Source: Undibacterium sp. (lineage in GTDB: Bacteria > Pseudomonadota > Gammaproteobacteria > Burkholderiales > Burkholderiaceae_D). Taken from it: DNA of 64,000 nucleotides. Where the stretch lies: the NCBI RefSeq assembly GCF_030651495.1, contig NZ_JAUSFI010000098.1:8676-72675 (forward strand). Direction: 5' to 3'. The notes below the pieces were generated by a model that was given only the letters and a program-made list of their open reading frames with translations, was not told the origin of the DNA and ran no database searches. The first letter of the stretch is position 1; the number at the start of each line of letters is the position of its first letter. A program made the translations under genes and the position numbers. Below, in pieces: positions 1 through 11,503 of the stretch.

Positions 1-264
1 ACGTTTTGAAAAACGACTGGAAATTACGTCAATGCGAACATGCTCGTTTCTGCGCAAAGTATAAGAACTACCAAGCAGAAAAATCGCTGAAAACAAATAC
101 CACTGTATTTCCAGCCAGGCGTTTGAGCTTGTATTAAAGGTGTAGCGCACCAAGGCATTGCCGGTGCAAATAAGAACCGCCGCCAACAAGGCCCAACTGA
201 CTGCATAGCCAACTTTTTCGTTGATTGCGTCGATGAATCTCGATATCGAGATGATAAATTTCAT
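1..264 (-). CDS. TRAP transporter small permease (DctQ family), runs off the left edge of the window
   Basis: Not in the ORF track. Manual translation from ATG at 264: MKFIISISRFIDAINEKVGYAVSW...NAWLEIQWYLFSAIFLLG..YTL.RNEHVRID, typical DctQ motifs; GGAG RBS upstream. Confidence 0.85.
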   Translation of the reverse strand, partial: MKFIISISRFIDAINEKVGYAVSWALLAAVLICTGNALVRYTFNTSSNAWLEIQWYLFSAIFLLGSSYTLRRNEHVRIDVISSRFSKR

Positions 265-521
265 TGCTTGTCTCCCTATTGACTTGAATTTTTATGCATT
301 TCACAGAAACGAAGTCTCTGGATTTACATTATTTCATTGCGGCAAAGTATACGATATTTCTCTAGCAGCGCGAATGCGAAGAAGCAGGTAAAACGGAGTT
401 TTGTGGGTGAAAGACACAAACTCAGTATTTATACGTATATATCAATTACTGAGGCTGTCATATGGATGTGGGTTTGCGCGATTCGCCCGTAGTTGAACCG
501 CGCAGAGGGGGAAGTTGGGTC

Positions 522-1919
522 TTAAGTCGCCAATTGTTGACGTGCACGTGCTATCGCAAGTCTGACCTGTTGAGGTGCTGTGCCACCGATGTGATTGCGT
601 GCCGCGACGGAACCTTCCAGGGTCAGCACTTCAAACACGTCTGCGCCAACCAGAGGCGAAAATTTTTGTAAATCTGCTAGGCTCATGTCGCTTAAGTCGC
701 AGCCTTTGTCAACACAGGTGCGTACCGCCAATGCCACGGCTTCATGTGCATCACGGAAAGGCAAGCCTTTCTTGACCAGGTAATCAGCCAGATCGGTCGC
801 GGTAGCGTAGCCCTGCAGTGCGGCGGCACGCATAGCTTCCGGTTTGACAGTAATGCCGCCAGCCATATCGGCAAAAATACGCAAGGTATCAGTCAGCGTA
901 TCGACGGTATCGAACAAAGGTTCTTTGTCTTCCTGATTATCTTTGTTGTAGGCCAGTGGTTGACCTTTCATCAAAGTGAGCAATGCAATCAGGTGGCCAT
1001 TGACGCGGCCAGTTTTGCCACGCGCCAGCTCTGGCACATCGGGATTCTTCTTTTGCGGCATGATCGATGACCCAGTGCAGAAGCGGTCAGCGATATCGAT
1101 GAAACCAACTCGCGGGCTCATCCAGATCACCAGCTCTTCGGACATACGTGAGATATGCGTCATGATCAGTGCACCAGCGGCACAAAATTCAATCGCAAAA
1201 TCGCGGTCAGACACTGCATCCAATGAGTTGTGGCACACATCGTCAAAACCCAGGTTACGAGCGACTCTTTCACGATCAATCGGGAAGGTGGTTCCCGCTA
1301 ATGCGGCAGCGCCCAAAGGCAAGCGATTGACCCTTTTGCGGCAGTCCAGCATGCGCTCTGCATCGCGGCTAAACATTTCTACATAGGCCAAAACATGATG
1401 GCCGAAGGTGATCGGTTGCGCCACCTGCATGTGGGTGAACCCCGGCATGATGGTGTCGCTGTGTTGCTCGGCCAAGTCGAGCAGGGCGCTACGAAAATCA
1501 CCTAACAAGCCAACAATAATGTCAATGGAAGAACGCACATATAAACGGATATCCGTCGCTACCTGATCGTTGCGTGAGCGCCCCGTGTGCAGGCGTTTGC
1601 CTGCATCGCCTACCAGTTCAGTCAGGCGCTTTTCTATATTCAGATGCACGTCTTCGAGATCAAGCAACCATTCAAATTTGCCTGCCTCGATTTCTGATTG
1701 TATTTGCGTCATGCCGCGCTGGATGTCGGCGTGATCTTGTGCGTTGATGATATTTTGCGCTGCCAGCATCTCTGCATGCGCTAAGGAACCCTGAATATCA
1801 AAGGCTGCCATACGCTTGTCAAAAAATACCGAAGCAGTATAACGTTTGACCAGATCAGAGACAGGTTCGGAGAAGCGGGCAGACCATGCCTCGCTTTTTT
1901 TAGAGAATTGTGATGTCAT
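522..1919 (-). CDS. argH: argininosuccinate lyase
   Basis: 465 aa; GRSRNDQ, MPGFTH and [12 protein letters not shown] signature motifs. Confidence 0.98.
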   Translation of the reverse strand: MTSQFSKKSEAWSARFSEPVSDLVKRYTASVFFDKRMAAFDIQGSLAHAEMLAAQNIINAQDHADIQRGMTQIQSEIEAGKFEWLLDLEDVHLNIEKRLTELVGDAGKRLHTGRSRNDQVATDIRLYVRSSIDIIVGLLGDFRSALLDLAEQHSDTIMPGFTHMQVAQPITFGHHVLAYVEMFSRDAERMLDCRKRVNRLPLGAAALAGTTFPIDRERVARNLGFDDVCHNSLDAVSDRDFAIEFCAAGALIMTHISRMSEELVIWMSPRVGFIDIADRFCTGSSIMPQKKNPDVPELARGKTGRVNGHLIALLTLMKGQPLAYNKDNQEDKEPLFDTVDTLTDTLRIFADMAGGITVKPEAMRAAALQGYATATDLADYLVKKGLPFRDAHEAVALAVRTCVDKGCDLSDMSLADLQKFSPLVGADVFEVLTLEGSVAARNHIGGTAPQQVRLAIARARQQLAT

Positions 1920-2020
1920 ATTGGCTTCCGGTTTTATGGCTTAATTTTATAACTTAGTTTTATTGCGTAATTTATCCCTCGATTATACCGTGCGCCTGAC
2001 CTATCTTTTACTTCAAAAAA

Positions 2021-3058
2021 ATGAACGAACAAACACAGCATCCACATAGCGCGTTACTGATTCCAGATTGTTGCAATATCGGCGTGGTGTTTCGGGTCTT
2101 GGTTATTGTAAATTTCTCTATTTTGCTTGGTTTGCTGGCACGAGGGCAAGGCTGGATAACAAATTTTCAGGAGTTCGTCGAAACGTCCATGCTAGTGGAA
2201 ATGATATGTCTATCATCACTGTTTTCTTTGTGCGGATTACGTGTCACGACTGAGCGACACATGGTGCCGGCCTGGACGCAACGCTTGGTTTGTGGTGTAG
2301 TACCCGCGCTGATCTGTGCTGCGCTACTGGCTTATTTGGATAGCATGGAGTGGTTTGTTTTTAGTTTTCCTCACTTACAGTATGGATATGCAGTCTTATT
2401 GTCTTTTGTGATGGGTTCTAGCCTGCAGCACTACTTCGAATTGCGCAGTCGAGCGTATTCACCAGCCCTGGATGAAGCGCGAATACAAGCCTTACAGGCC
2501 AGAATAAGACCGCATTTTCTATTTAATAGTCTGAATGCTGTTTTGTCGCTGATTCGCACTGAGCCTCGTCGTGCGGAAACTGTATTGGAAGATTTAGCAG
2601 ATCTGTTTCGTGTTTTGATGCGGGATACGCGGGACATGACAACCCTGCAAGAAGAAATTCGCCTCTGCGAACAATATTTGGCAATTGAGAAAATTCGTCT
2701 TGGCGAACGTTTGCAGGTGAGTTGGCACACCGAAAATTTGAGTTCGCAAGAGTTGCACGATGCAAAAATTGCAGCATTATTATTGCAGCCTTTACTTGAA
2801 AATGCGGTGCATTATGGTGTTGAACCGTCTGCTGTGCCAGCATTGATTATGGTGGGAATACGGCGTACGCTGAATAAAATTGAGATAACTGTTAGCAATC
2901 CTTTTCATGCTAACGCCAGATTATCACAGGGAAATCATATGGCACTGGAAAATATTCGCCAACGCTTAGCTTTACTCTATGATATTGAGGCAAAATTGAG
3001 CTATGGCATAGTTGGTAAAAGCTTTGAAGTTAAATTGTATTTTCCTTATAAAAAATGA
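2021..3058 (+). CDS. LytS/AlgZ(FimS)-like sensor histidine kinase
   Basis: N-terminal TM helices; LQARIRPHFLFNSLN, LLQPLLENAV and ALENIRQRL motifs; divergent from argH as in the Pseudomonas argH-algZ-algR order. Confidence 0.9.
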   Translation: MNEQTQHPHSALLIPDCCNIGVVFRVLVIVNFSILLGLLARGQGWITNFQEFVETSMLVEMICLSSLFSLCGLRVTTERHMVPAWTQRLVCGVVPALICAALLAYLDSMEWFVFSFPHLQYGYAVLLSFVMGSSLQHYFELRSRAYSPALDEARIQALQARIRPHFLFNSLNAVLSLIRTEPRRAETVLEDLADLFRVLMRDTRDMTTLQEEIRLCEQYLAIEKIRLGERLQVSWHTENLSSQELHDAKIAALLLQPLLENAVHYGVEPSAVPALIMVGIRRTLNKIEITVSNPFHANARLSQGNHMALENIRQRLALLYDIEAKLSYGIVGKSFEVKLYFPYKK

Positions 3059-3849
3059 ATCGTCCCAAAATTCTGATCGTTGATGATGAAGCGCCGGCAA
3101 GACAGCGACTAGCGACACTATTATCTGATATCCAGCAAGAGTGTCCCTGCGACCTGGTTGGCGAAGCTTCAGATGGACAAACCGCACTCGATCAGATCGC
3201 GCTGACGAAACCGGATATCATTTTGCTAGATGTGCAAATGCCAGGAATGACAGGTTTGGAGTTGGCTCAGCATTTATCGAGCGACAAAGATTTGCAGATG
3301 CCAGCGATTATTTTTGTCACTGCGTACGACGAATATGCTTTGAAAGCATTTGAAGTGCATGCCATGGATTATTTGCTCAAACCGGTCAGGGCAAGCAGAT
3401 TGGCAGGAGCAATTATGCGCATCAGCCATTTGAAATCAGGTGCGCAGAAAAGCGCCATTACTGCATCGGTTCGCGACTTGCCAGCGGCGCGTCAATGCTT
3501 CTCGGTAGTCGAAAGAAATCGTGTTTTATTGATACCGGTGGTAGAAGTATTGTTTCTCAAAGCAGAACAAAAATATGTCACGCTGCATACAAAACTGCGC
3601 AGCTATTTACTGGAAGAGTCCTTGACTTCGATCGAAGATGAAATGGTCAAGATGCTGGTGCGCGTACATAGAAATGCACTCGTCGCACGAAGCGCCATTA
3701 TCGGTGTCGAGCGAGCAACACACATCATCGATGCTGAAAATGAGAATGAAAAAGCCACAGAATCATGGCAAGTCATTTTGCGCGATACACAAGAGCGCTT
3801 GCCCATTTCGAGGCGACAGTGGCCAGTGATTAAAGGATTAGTACGCTGA
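3055..3849 (+). CDS. LytTR-family response regulator (AlgR-like)
   Basis: REC domain (IVDDE, LDVQMP, TAY, DYLLKP) plus LytTR domain (RVHRNALV, LPISRR); 4-nt overlap with the kinase. Confidence 0.93.
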   Translation: MNRPKILIVDDEAPARQRLATLLSDIQQECPCDLVGEASDGQTALDQIALTKPDIILLDVQMPGMTGLELAQHLSSDKDLQMPAIIFVTAYDEYALKAFEVHAMDYLLKPVRASRLAGAIMRISHLKSGAQKSAITASVRDLPAARQCFSVVERNRVLLIPVVEVLFLKAEQKYVTLHTKLRSYLLEESLTSIEDEMVKMLVRVHRNALVARSAIIGVERATHIIDAENENEKATESWQVILRDTQERLPISRRQWPVIKGLVR

Positions 3850-3966
3850 GGTCGATGTTAAAAAATATGTTAAAACTTATGATATCGATGAAAACTATGA
3901 GGAGTGTCGCTTTCATCGTTAGCTGTTCTGACGCAATCGGCCATGGGCGATTCATCTACTAAAAGG

Positions 3967-5349
3967 TCAGCAGGCTGCGTGATTGACCGTAATCACGTGA
4001 ATAGCCAATCCGCCCAATGAGGTTTCCTTATATTTGGCTTGCATATCAAAACCGGTCTGACGCATCGTTTCTATTGCTTGATCAAGACTAACGTGGTGCG
4101 TACCATCACTTTTGAGCGCAAGTGAAGCAGCGGTAATTGCCTTAACGGCACCGATGCCATTTCGTTCGATACAAGGAATCTGCACTAAACCGCCAATCGG
4201 ATCGCAAGTCATTCCAAGATGGTGTTCAATGCCAATTTCTGCTGCGGACTCGATTTGCTCATTGCTGCCACCCAAGGATGATGTCAAACCAGCCGCAGCC
4301 ATTGCACATGCTACGCCAACTTCTCCCTGGCAACCTATTTCCGCACCTGAAATAGAAGCATTTTTTTTGCAGAGCATACCGATTGCTGACGCGACTAATA
4401 GAAAATTACGAATACCTTGTACCGGATTGTTCGGTTTGCAGTCTTGCGAGTAATAACGCAATATCGCTGGAACAATGCCAGCGGCACCATTGGTCGGGGC
4501 GGTGACAACCCGACCACCAGCAGCGTTTTCCTCATTGACTGCCATGGCATACAAACTGACCTTATGCATACCATCATGCGGCAAAACATGGGTGGCCTCA
4601 TTTGCGGTAAGCCATAGTTTGGCCGCGCGTCGTTGCACGTGTAAGCCGCCCGGTAATTCACCAGTAATTTGCAAGCCTCGTTCGATACAGTGGCGCATTA
4701 CGTTCCAGAGATGATCCAGCCCAGCATCCAACTCTTCTTCGTTACAATGGACCAATTCGTTAGCACGTAACATAGACGCAAGGCTCATGTCAGTACTTTT
4801 TCCATGTGCCAGCAGCTCTGCCATAGAGCCAAAAGGGAAGGGTACCTTCACTGCAGACTTTGCAGCAGGATTGTTGCCTCCCTGCAGTTCTTCTTCTGAG
4901 TAAATAAAACCACCGCCAGTCGAATAGAATACGCGATCATAAATACTTCCATCATTGCGCGTAAGACTGAAGCGCATACCGTTCGGATGCCCAGGTAAAG
5001 CTTCTTTTTTGTGCCAAAATAGATCCTCCCTAATATCGAATTTAATGCTGTATTTTCCTAATAAATGAATGATGCCGCTGGTGGATAGTATGCTTAGCTT
5101 GTCGTCTTTATTTTCAGGGTCGATGTCTTCTGGAGTTTCACCCATCAGGCCTAGTAGTACGGCCTTATCAGTGGCATGGCCTAATCCAGTTAACGCCAAC
5201 GAGCCATACAACGCAATTTGCACCTTGCTGGCTTTAAACAAATCCGGGCATTCCAGCAAAAACCGACGTGCCGCCAGCATAGGGCCAACGGTATGTGAGC
5301 TAGATGGGCCTATGCCTATCTTAAATAAATCAAATACCCGCATGTCCAT
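3967..5349 (-). CDS. sdaA: L-serine ammonia-lyase (Fe-S)
   Basis: GIGPSSSHTVGPM, TAPTNGAAG, GCQGEVG and LGMTCDPIGGLVQIPCIERN motifs. Confidence 0.96.
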   Translation of the reverse strand: MDMRVFDLFKIGIGPSSSHTVGPMLAARRFLLECPDLFKASKVQIALYGSLALTGLGHATDKAVLLGLMGETPEDIDPENKDDKLSILSTSGIIHLLGKYSIKFDIREDLFWHKKEALPGHPNGMRFSLTRNDGSIYDRVFYSTGGGFIYSEEELQGGNNPAAKSAVKVPFPFGSMAELLAHGKSTDMSLASMLRANELVHCNEEELDAGLDHLWNVMRHCIERGLQITGELPGGLHVQRRAAKLWLTANEATHVLPHDGMHKVSLYAMAVNEENAAGGRVVTAPTNGAAGIVPAILRYYSQDCKPNNPVQGIRNFLLVASAIGMLCKKNASISGAEIGCQGEVGVACAMAAAGLTSSLGGSNEQIESAAEIGIEHHLGMTCDPIGGLVQIPCIERNGIGAVKAITAASLALKSDGTHHVSLDQAIETMRQTGFDMQAKYKETSLGGLAIHVITVNHAAC

Positions 5350-5381
5350 ACCGTATCCTCACTTGTCTCGACTATTTATTA

Positions 5382-6362
5382 CTATGCCGCTATGGTCAGC
5401 CCTATCTGGGATGGCTGGCTAATTTTGAGGTTTCTCAACATGTCTATCACCAAGTATTGCAAATCAATTTCTGCTTTCCATCCCCAATCATTGCGGGCTA
5501 TCGTATCATCCATGCTTTGTGGCCAGCTTGCAGCAATTGCCTGTCGGCTGTCTGGCACATAGTGTATGTCAAATCCTGGTAAATTTTGTTTAATTACCAA
5601 CGCTAATTCCTGCGGATTAAAACTTAACCCCGCCACATTATATGAAGAACGTATAGAAAGTTTGTCTGCTGGAGCATCCATCAGCAAGATCGTGGCGCGG
5701 ATGGCGTCTGGCATGTAGATCATTGGCAATGTGGTCTCGGCTTCCAAGAAGCAAGGATAGCTTTCACCACGCAAAGCGGCATAGAAAATAGCAATCGCAT
5801 AATCAGTAGTGCCGCCACCCGGAGGCGATTTATAGCTGATGATGCCGGGATAGCGAATACTACGAACATCGATGCCATATTTTTTGAAATAATACTCACA
5901 CAGGCGCTCGCCCGCCAGTTTGCTGATGCCGTAAATCGTGCTGGGATCCATTACGGTAAATTGCGGCGTGTCTTGCGATGGTGTGTTGGGGCCAAAGGCC
6001 GCGATAGATGAGGGCCAAAATACCTTAAGAGGCTTACTTACTTCACCGCGTAGGCGTGCCAATTCTAAAATATTTAACAAACCATCCATATTCAAGGTCC
6101 AGGCCTTCAATGGTGCTTGCTCAGCGGTGGCAGACAATAAAGCGGCCAATTGATAAACCTGCGTGATCTGATATTGCTCGGCAATAGCAATCAGACGTTC
6201 AGCATTGAGTACATCAATCACTTCATACATTTTTGCGCCATACAAACTGCGTGGGCCAATGTCTGCTGCGATGACATTCTCGGCGCCATGTTTGGCGGCT
6301 AATGCATCGACCAGTTCACTACCGATTTGCCCATTGGCACCTATGACTAAAATACGTTCCAT
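5382..6362 (-). CDS. SDR-type L-threonine 3-dehydrogenase (NAD-dependent epimerase family)
   Basis: GANGQIG, YGISK and PGGGTTDYA motifs; directly downstream of kbl. Confidence 0.88.
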   Translation of the reverse strand: MERILVIGANGQIGSELVDALAAKHGAENVIAADIGPRSLYGAKMYEVIDVLNAERLIAIAEQYQITQVYQLAALLSATAEQAPLKAWTLNMDGLLNILELARLRGEVSKPLKVFWPSSIAAFGPNTPSQDTPQFTVMDPSTIYGISKLAGERLCEYYFKKYGIDVRSIRYPGIISYKSPPGGGTTDYAIAIFYAALRGESYPCFLEAETTLPMIYMPDAIRATILLMDAPADKLSIRSSYNVAGLSFNPQELALVIKQNLPGFDIHYVPDSRQAIAASWPQSMDDTIARNDWGWKAEIDLQYLVIDMLRNLKISQPSQIGLTIAA

Positions 6363-6379
6363 GCTGATGTTTCCTTAAT

Positions 6380-7594
6380 TTATTGCGCGTATTTAATTAA
6401 ATTAAGTTCGCGGCCGACTTGCGCAAAGGCTGCCAGTGCAGTTTTTAATTGTTCTGTGGTGTGTGCTGCCGAAAGCTGTACTCTGACGCGCGCCTGCCCC
6501 ATCGGTACTACCGGATAAAAAAAACCGGTGACAAGGACACCTAATTCATACATTCGCGCAGCAAATTTCTGAGCTATTGGAGCATCAAATAACATCACCG
6601 GGACGACCGGATGTGTGCCAGGTTTGATAGTAAAACCTAGGGCTGCAATTTCGCTGCGGAAGAACGCAGTGTTAGCATGTAATTTGTCACGCAATTCGGT
6701 AGAAGAAGACAGCCGTTGCAGGACGGAGAGTGAGGCACCCGCGATAGAAGGTGCCAGCGTATTCGAGAATAAATAAGGCCGTGATTTTTGGCGTAATGTA
6801 TCGATGACTTCTTTACGTGCCGCAGTAAAACCGCCCATCGCACCACCCAATGCTTTTCCGAGAGTGCCGGTAATGATGTCGATCCGACCCATCACGCTAT
6901 GGTGCTCATGGGTGCCGCGACCAGTCGCGCCCATAAAGCCAGAGGCATGGCATTCATCGATCATAACCAGCGCATCATATTTGTCGGCCAGATCACATAT
7001 TTGGTCTAGTTGAGCAATGGTGCCATCCATAGAGAACACACCATCGGTGACGATGATGCGGTGGCGCTTATCCGCTGCTGCTTGTAATTGCACTTCCAGA
7101 TCGTCCATATCATTGTTGGCATAGCGATAGCGTGCTGCTTTGCATAAACGTATTCCATCGATGATAGAAGCATGATTTAACGCATCCGAAATGATTGCAT
7201 CTTGCTCATCAAACAAAGGTTCAAACACCCCACCGTTGGCATCAAAGGCAGCGGCATAAAGAATAGTGTCTTCCATTCCTAAAAAATCAGAGATGGCGCG
7301 CTCCAGTTGTTTATGTACAGTTTGCGTGCCGCAGATAAAACGCACCGAAGATAGACCATAGCCAAATTCTTCAGTCGCAGCGATTGCGGCTTGTACTGTC
7401 GCTTCATCGCCGGATAAACCTAGATAATTGTTGGCACACAGATTGATTAGTTGACGACCGTCATCACAAGTCACTTCAGGCCCCTGACGTGAGGCGATCA
7501 CGCGCTCAAACTTGTACAAACCTTGCTCACGTAGCGAATCGAGTTTGTTTGATAATTCGTCAAAAAAAGTATTTTTCTGTTTTGATGCGCTCAT
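6380..7594 (-). CDS. kbl: glycine C-acetyltransferase (2-amino-3-ketobutyrate CoA ligase)
   Basis: [38 protein letters not shown] and SRPYLFSN motifs; start moved to ATG 7594, which has an AGGAG RBS. Confidence 0.96.
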   Translation of the reverse strand: MSASKQKNTFFDELSNKLDSLREQGLYKFERVIASRQGPEVTCDDGRQLINLCANNYLGLSGDEATVQAAIAATEEFGYGLSSVRFICGTQTVHKQLERAISDFLGMEDTILYAAAFDANGGVFEPLFDEQDAIISDALNHASIIDGIRLCKAARYRYANNDMDDLEVQLQAAADKRHRIIVTDGVFSMDGTIAQLDQICDLADKYDALVMIDECHASGFMGATGRGTHEHHSVMGRIDIITGTLGKALGGAMGGFTAARKEVIDTLRQKSRPYLFSNTLAPSIAGASLSVLQRLSSSTELRDKLHANTAFFRSEIAALGFTIKPGTHPVVPVMLFDAPIAQKFAARMYELGVLVTGFFYPVVPMGQARVRVQLSAAHTTEQLKTALAAFAQVGRELNLIKYAQ

Positions 7595-7704
7595 TACGGT
7601 CTCCTGATCTGTCTCTAGATGGGTATGCGGGGCAAAAATGTATGTGCCGACTGGGCCTTCTGGTAAGATAAACTTAATACCATAATTTTTTAATCCACGA
7701 AACA

Positions 7705-7740
7705 ATTCGATATAATGAACTAATATTCAATATATCGAAT
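7705..7740. promoter_or_regulatory. inverted repeat, probable operator of the XRE regulator
   Basis: ATTCGATATA-N16-TATATCGAAT, a perfect 10-bp inverted repeat between the divergent kbl and regulator genes. Confidence 0.55.
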
Positions 7741-7780
7741 ATTATCTATACTTATAAAACTTTGCAATACGTTTGTAAAA

Positions 7781-8368
7781 GTGAAAATGAAAAAAACGAC
7801 TATTGTTAATCCGCCCGCGCCACCTGAGGTGGGCGCTACCCTGCAGCGCATGCGTCTAGAGCGAAGTTTGACGCTAGAAGATCTGTCTCGTACAGCGGGT
7901 GTCTCCAAATCGATGTTGTCGCAAATAGAAAGGGAAAAAGCTAATCCCACGATCGCCGTCGCATGGCGTCTCGCGAATGCATTGGGCGTGAGTATTGCTG
8001 AATTACTATCGTCAGAAGTACCCAAAATAGACAGCATCCGTATGATGGAGCCGCATGAGACGCCTACCTTACCCGGTGAGCATGCCGGCTATGTATTAAA
8101 AATATTAGGGCCGATGGAATTGGCGGGGCGTTACGAATGGTATGAATTAACCCTCGCTTCTGGTGGAGCGCTAGTTTCTACCTCGCACGACCCGGGCACT
8201 ACCGAGCATTTAACTCTGTTACATGGTAGTGTAGAAGTCGAAGTCGATGGAAACAAGAGAAAACTAAAAATTGGCGGTACCGCCCGTTACGAAGCAGATA
8301 AAAATCATGCCATACGAAATATTGGAAAAGCCGAAGCCAAAGCGCTAATGGTGGTAATTCATCGATAA
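7781..8368 (+). CDS. XRE-family HTH regulator with C-terminal cupin domain
   Basis: SLTLEDLS...VSKSMLSQIER..NPT HTH, followed by a cupin (H...TEH). Confidence 0.92.
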   Translation: MKMKKTTIVNPPAPPEVGATLQRMRLERSLTLEDLSRTAGVSKSMLSQIEREKANPTIAVAWRLANALGVSIAELLSSEVPKIDSIRMMEPHETPTLPGEHAGYVLKILGPMELAGRYEWYELTLASGGALVSTSHDPGTTEHLTLLHGSVEVEVDGNKRKLKIGGTARYEADKNHAIRNIGKAEAKALMVVIHR

Positions 8369-8516
8369 GTTGACCGAGTGATCGAATAAAATTCATTGAT
8401 GACATATTAAATTACCGGTTCATCCTTTCTTTGCGGTAGGGCGAAGATATAATGTGGAAAATCTTATTCTCCGCAATTTATTTTTTTAACTTATTTTCAC
8501 TCTCCTCATTCCTAAT

Positions 8517-9977
8517 ATGCAATACGTATCAACACGCGGACATGCCGCGCAGCAAAATTTTTCTGAAATTCTGTTGGGTGGATTGGCTCCCGATGGGGGC
8601 TTGTATTTACCACAAGAATACCCACAGGTAACCCCAGATGAGATGAATTCCTGGCGCACGCTTTCGTATGCAGAACTAGCATTAGAGGTACTAAAAAAAT
8701 TTGCTACAGATATTCCTGTCGCAGATCTGAAAGCCATCACTGATAAAACCTACATAGGCGAAGTGTATTGTAATGTCCGTGCAGAGCAAGACGCCTTTCA
8801 AATCACGCCACTGCGCGTACTGGAAGACCGCAATGGCCGCAAGCTGATTTTGCAAGCCTTATCGAATGGCCCGACGCTCGCGTTTAAAGACATGGCGATG
8901 CAATTACTGGGCAATCTGTTTGAATATACGCTTGCAAAACACAATGCTGAACTGAATATTTTTGGCGCCACCTCTGGAGATACCGGCAGTGCTGCCGAAT
9001 ATGCCATGCGCGGTAAAAAAGGCATCCGTGTCTTCATGCTGTCTCCACATAAAAAAATGAGCGCTTTCCAGACCGCGCAAATGTTCAGTTTGCAAGATCC
9101 GAATATCTTCAACATCGCAGTCGAAGGTGTGTTTGATGATTGCCAGGATATGGTAAAGGCTGTCTCGAACGATCTGGCATTTAAAAGTCGCCAAAAGATC
9201 GGCACTGTTAATTCCATTAATTGGGCACGCGTAGTGGCGCAAGTGGTTTACTACTTCCGCGGCTATCTCAGCGCAACGACCAGCAATGAGCAAAAAGTTT
9301 CATTCACAGTGCCATCTGGTAATTTTGGCAATATTTGTGCTGGCCATATTGCCCGTATGATGGGTTTACCTATCGAAAAACTGGTGGTCGCCACCAATGA
9401 AAATGACGTACTGGATGAATTTTTCCGTACTGGCGTGTATCGCGTTCGTAAATCGGCAGAAACCTGGCACACTACCAGTCCATCGATGGATATTTCTAAG
9501 GCATCTAATTTTGAGCGCTTCATTTATGATTTGCTAGATGGCGATGCCGAGCGCGTGGTGGCACTGTTTAAAAAGGTTGAGACCGCTGGTGGCTTTGATT
9601 TATCCGGACAACCGGGCAGTGATGGTGACGAATTCAGAAAGATCGCCAAGTTTGGTTTTGAGTCAGGAAAATCGGTGCATGCTGACCGTCTTAAGACTAT
9701 CCGTCTGGTAGAAAAAAACTACGGCATTACGGTAGATACACACACCGCCGACGGCATCAAGGTTGCGCTGGAACATATTGAGCAAGGTATACCGATGATT
9801 GTGCTAGAAACCGCCTTGCCAGCCAAATTCAATGAAACCATCCAGGAAGCATTAGGGCGCGATGCAGAACGCCCGGCAGGCTTTGAAAACATTGAAGCCT
9901 TACCGCAACGTTTTGAAGTAATGAGCGTCGATGTGGAAAAAATGAAGGCGTTTATTGCCGTTAATACGGGCTTGTAA
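8517..9977 (+). CDS. thrC: threonine synthase
   Basis: YVSTRG, GLAPDGGLY, GPTLAFKD, ATSGDTG, NSINWAR and VPSGNFGN motifs. Confidence 0.97.
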   Translation: MQYVSTRGHAAQQNFSEILLGGLAPDGGLYLPQEYPQVTPDEMNSWRTLSYAELALEVLKKFATDIPVADLKAITDKTYIGEVYCNVRAEQDAFQITPLRVLEDRNGRKLILQALSNGPTLAFKDMAMQLLGNLFEYTLAKHNAELNIFGATSGDTGSAAEYAMRGKKGIRVFMLSPHKKMSAFQTAQMFSLQDPNIFNIAVEGVFDDCQDMVKAVSNDLAFKSRQKIGTVNSINWARVVAQVVYYFRGYLSATTSNEQKVSFTVPSGNFGNICAGHIARMMGLPIEKLVVATNENDVLDEFFRTGVYRVRKSAETWHTTSPSMDISKASNFERFIYDLLDGDAERVVALFKKVETAGGFDLSGQPGSDGDEFRKIAKFGFESGKSVHADRLKTIRLVEKNYGITVDTHTADGIKVALEHIEQGIPMIVLETALPAKFNETIQEALGRDAERPAGFENIEALPQRFEVMSVDVEKMKAFIAVNTGL

Positions 9978-10215
9978 ATCGCTGAGGTGGAAAAGTAATT
10001 TACCCATTGTTAAATGTAAAGTTGAAGACGCACTATCCATAAGGCTTGTGGCACCATTTCGTGCTGTAGGCCGCATAGATACTGCGCCTTTGTTTTTTTT
10101 ACTTGTTACTTTGTATCCACGGAGTCAACGGCACGCCACCAGTGCCTGATGCAAAGGTGGTGGAACTAAGTAGTAAAAACAAATCTCTTTGATGTCGCAT
10201 ACTTACAGAATTACC

Positions 10216-11136
10216 TTACACTCTGTTAAATACACTACGTACACTATTGCTCAGTCTTTGTCCAAAAACATTCACCAGCAAACCAAACATAACAATCACC
10301 GCGCCGAGTAGTTGCGTAGGCTGCAGAGTCTCGCCCAGCAAGAGCCAGGCTGCAGTCAGACCGACTACGGGTACCAGTAAAGTCAGCGGTGCTACCATAT
10401 GCGTGGGCAGACTGGCTAGCAATCTGCCCCACAAGGTATAACCGATCAAGGTTGCTGCCACTGCCAGATACACTACTGTTAACACCGAAGACCACGACAG
10501 ATGCGTCAGACTATAGGTCATCACGTCAATGCCTTCAAAGCACGCAGATAACAGAAAAAACGGCAAAATAGGAATTAACGCACTCCACGCCACTAAGCTA
10601 AGCACCGAGGTCGCACCGATTTTTTTGTTGATCACATTTCCACTTGCCCAAGAGAATGCCGCACAAAGGGTCAAAATAAAACCTAATAACGTCACTTGAT
10701 TACCGAAACTCGTCAGACTCGCACTGCCCAATAAAATCAACCCGGCGCTGGCGATTAACATGCCCATGAGATTCGCCATCCGTAGTTTGTCACCAAACAC
10801 TAGCGCCGACAGTCCAACGGTAAAAAATGCCTGTGCTTGCAATACTAGTGAAGCAAGACCAGCGGGCATACCGACTGCCATTGCAGAAAATAAGAACGCA
10901 AACTGCCCCAAGCTAATCGTCAATGCGTACGCCAATAGTAATTTCAAAGACACCTTAGGGCGTGGTAAAAATAAAATGGCAGGGAAGGCCACCAAAGTAA
11001 AACGCAATGCCCCAAGCAAAAATGGTGGAATCCCAATCAAGCCAATTTTGATAACCACAAAATTCATGCCCCATAAAAAAATGACTATCAGGGCGATACC
11101 AATATGTCGCAGACTAAGTACATTGTGGGACATCAT
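10216..11136 (-). CDS. EamA/DMT family transporter (O-acetylserine/cysteine exporter-like)
   Basis: About 10 TM helices; WGMNFVVIK, GMPAGLASLVLQ and VAPLTLLVPVVG motifs. Confidence 0.9.
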   Translation of the reverse strand: MMSHNVLSLRHIGIALIVIFLWGMNFVVIKIGLIGIPPFLLGALRFTLVAFPAILFLPRPKVSLKLLLAYALTISLGQFAFLFSAMAVGMPAGLASLVLQAQAFFTVGLSALVFGDKLRMANLMGMLIASAGLILLGSASLTSFGNQVTLLGFILTLCAAFSWASGNVINKKIGATSVLSLVAWSALIPILPFFLLSACFEGIDVMTYSLTHLSWSSVLTVVYLAVAATLIGYTLWGRLLASLPTHMVAPLTLLVPVVGLTAAWLLLGETLQPTQLLGAVIVMFGLLVNVFGQRLSNSVRSVFNRV

Positions 11137-11158
11137 GTGATCAGTTCAAATTCAAACA

Positions 11159-11395
11159 CTATGTAGTTAGTGGCGCATGTACGCGTAATGTGGATGCCGG
11201 ATTCTTGAGTAATTTAGAAGCCGGGCGAATAGGACGAACAACTAGATTTCCACCGCAATTAGGGCAAACGCCATGCAAATCGTTTTCAGTACAATCCGCA
11301 CAAAAGGTGCATTCAAAAGAACAAATTCTAGCTTTGCCAGAAGATGCAGGCAAATCACAATCGCAGCGTTCACAGTTAGGACGAAGTTGTAACAT
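11159..11395 (-). CDS. DUF1272 Cys-rich protein
   Basis: MLQLRPNCE.C..DL...ICSFECTFC..C...CPNCGG.L..RP.RP pattern. Confidence 0.9.
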   Translation of the reverse strand: MLQLRPNCERCDCDLPASSGKARICSFECTFCADCTENDLHGVCPNCGGNLVVRPIRPASKLLKNPASTLRVHAPLTT

Positions 11396-11503
11396 AACCT
11401 TCTTTCAATTAATTTTAATATAAGTGCGAGCATAGCAGTTCAGGCGAGTTTTGACAGTCAGCTGAAGGAACAGAATAAAGTCTGCCAAAACTGAAGGCTT
11501 GGT

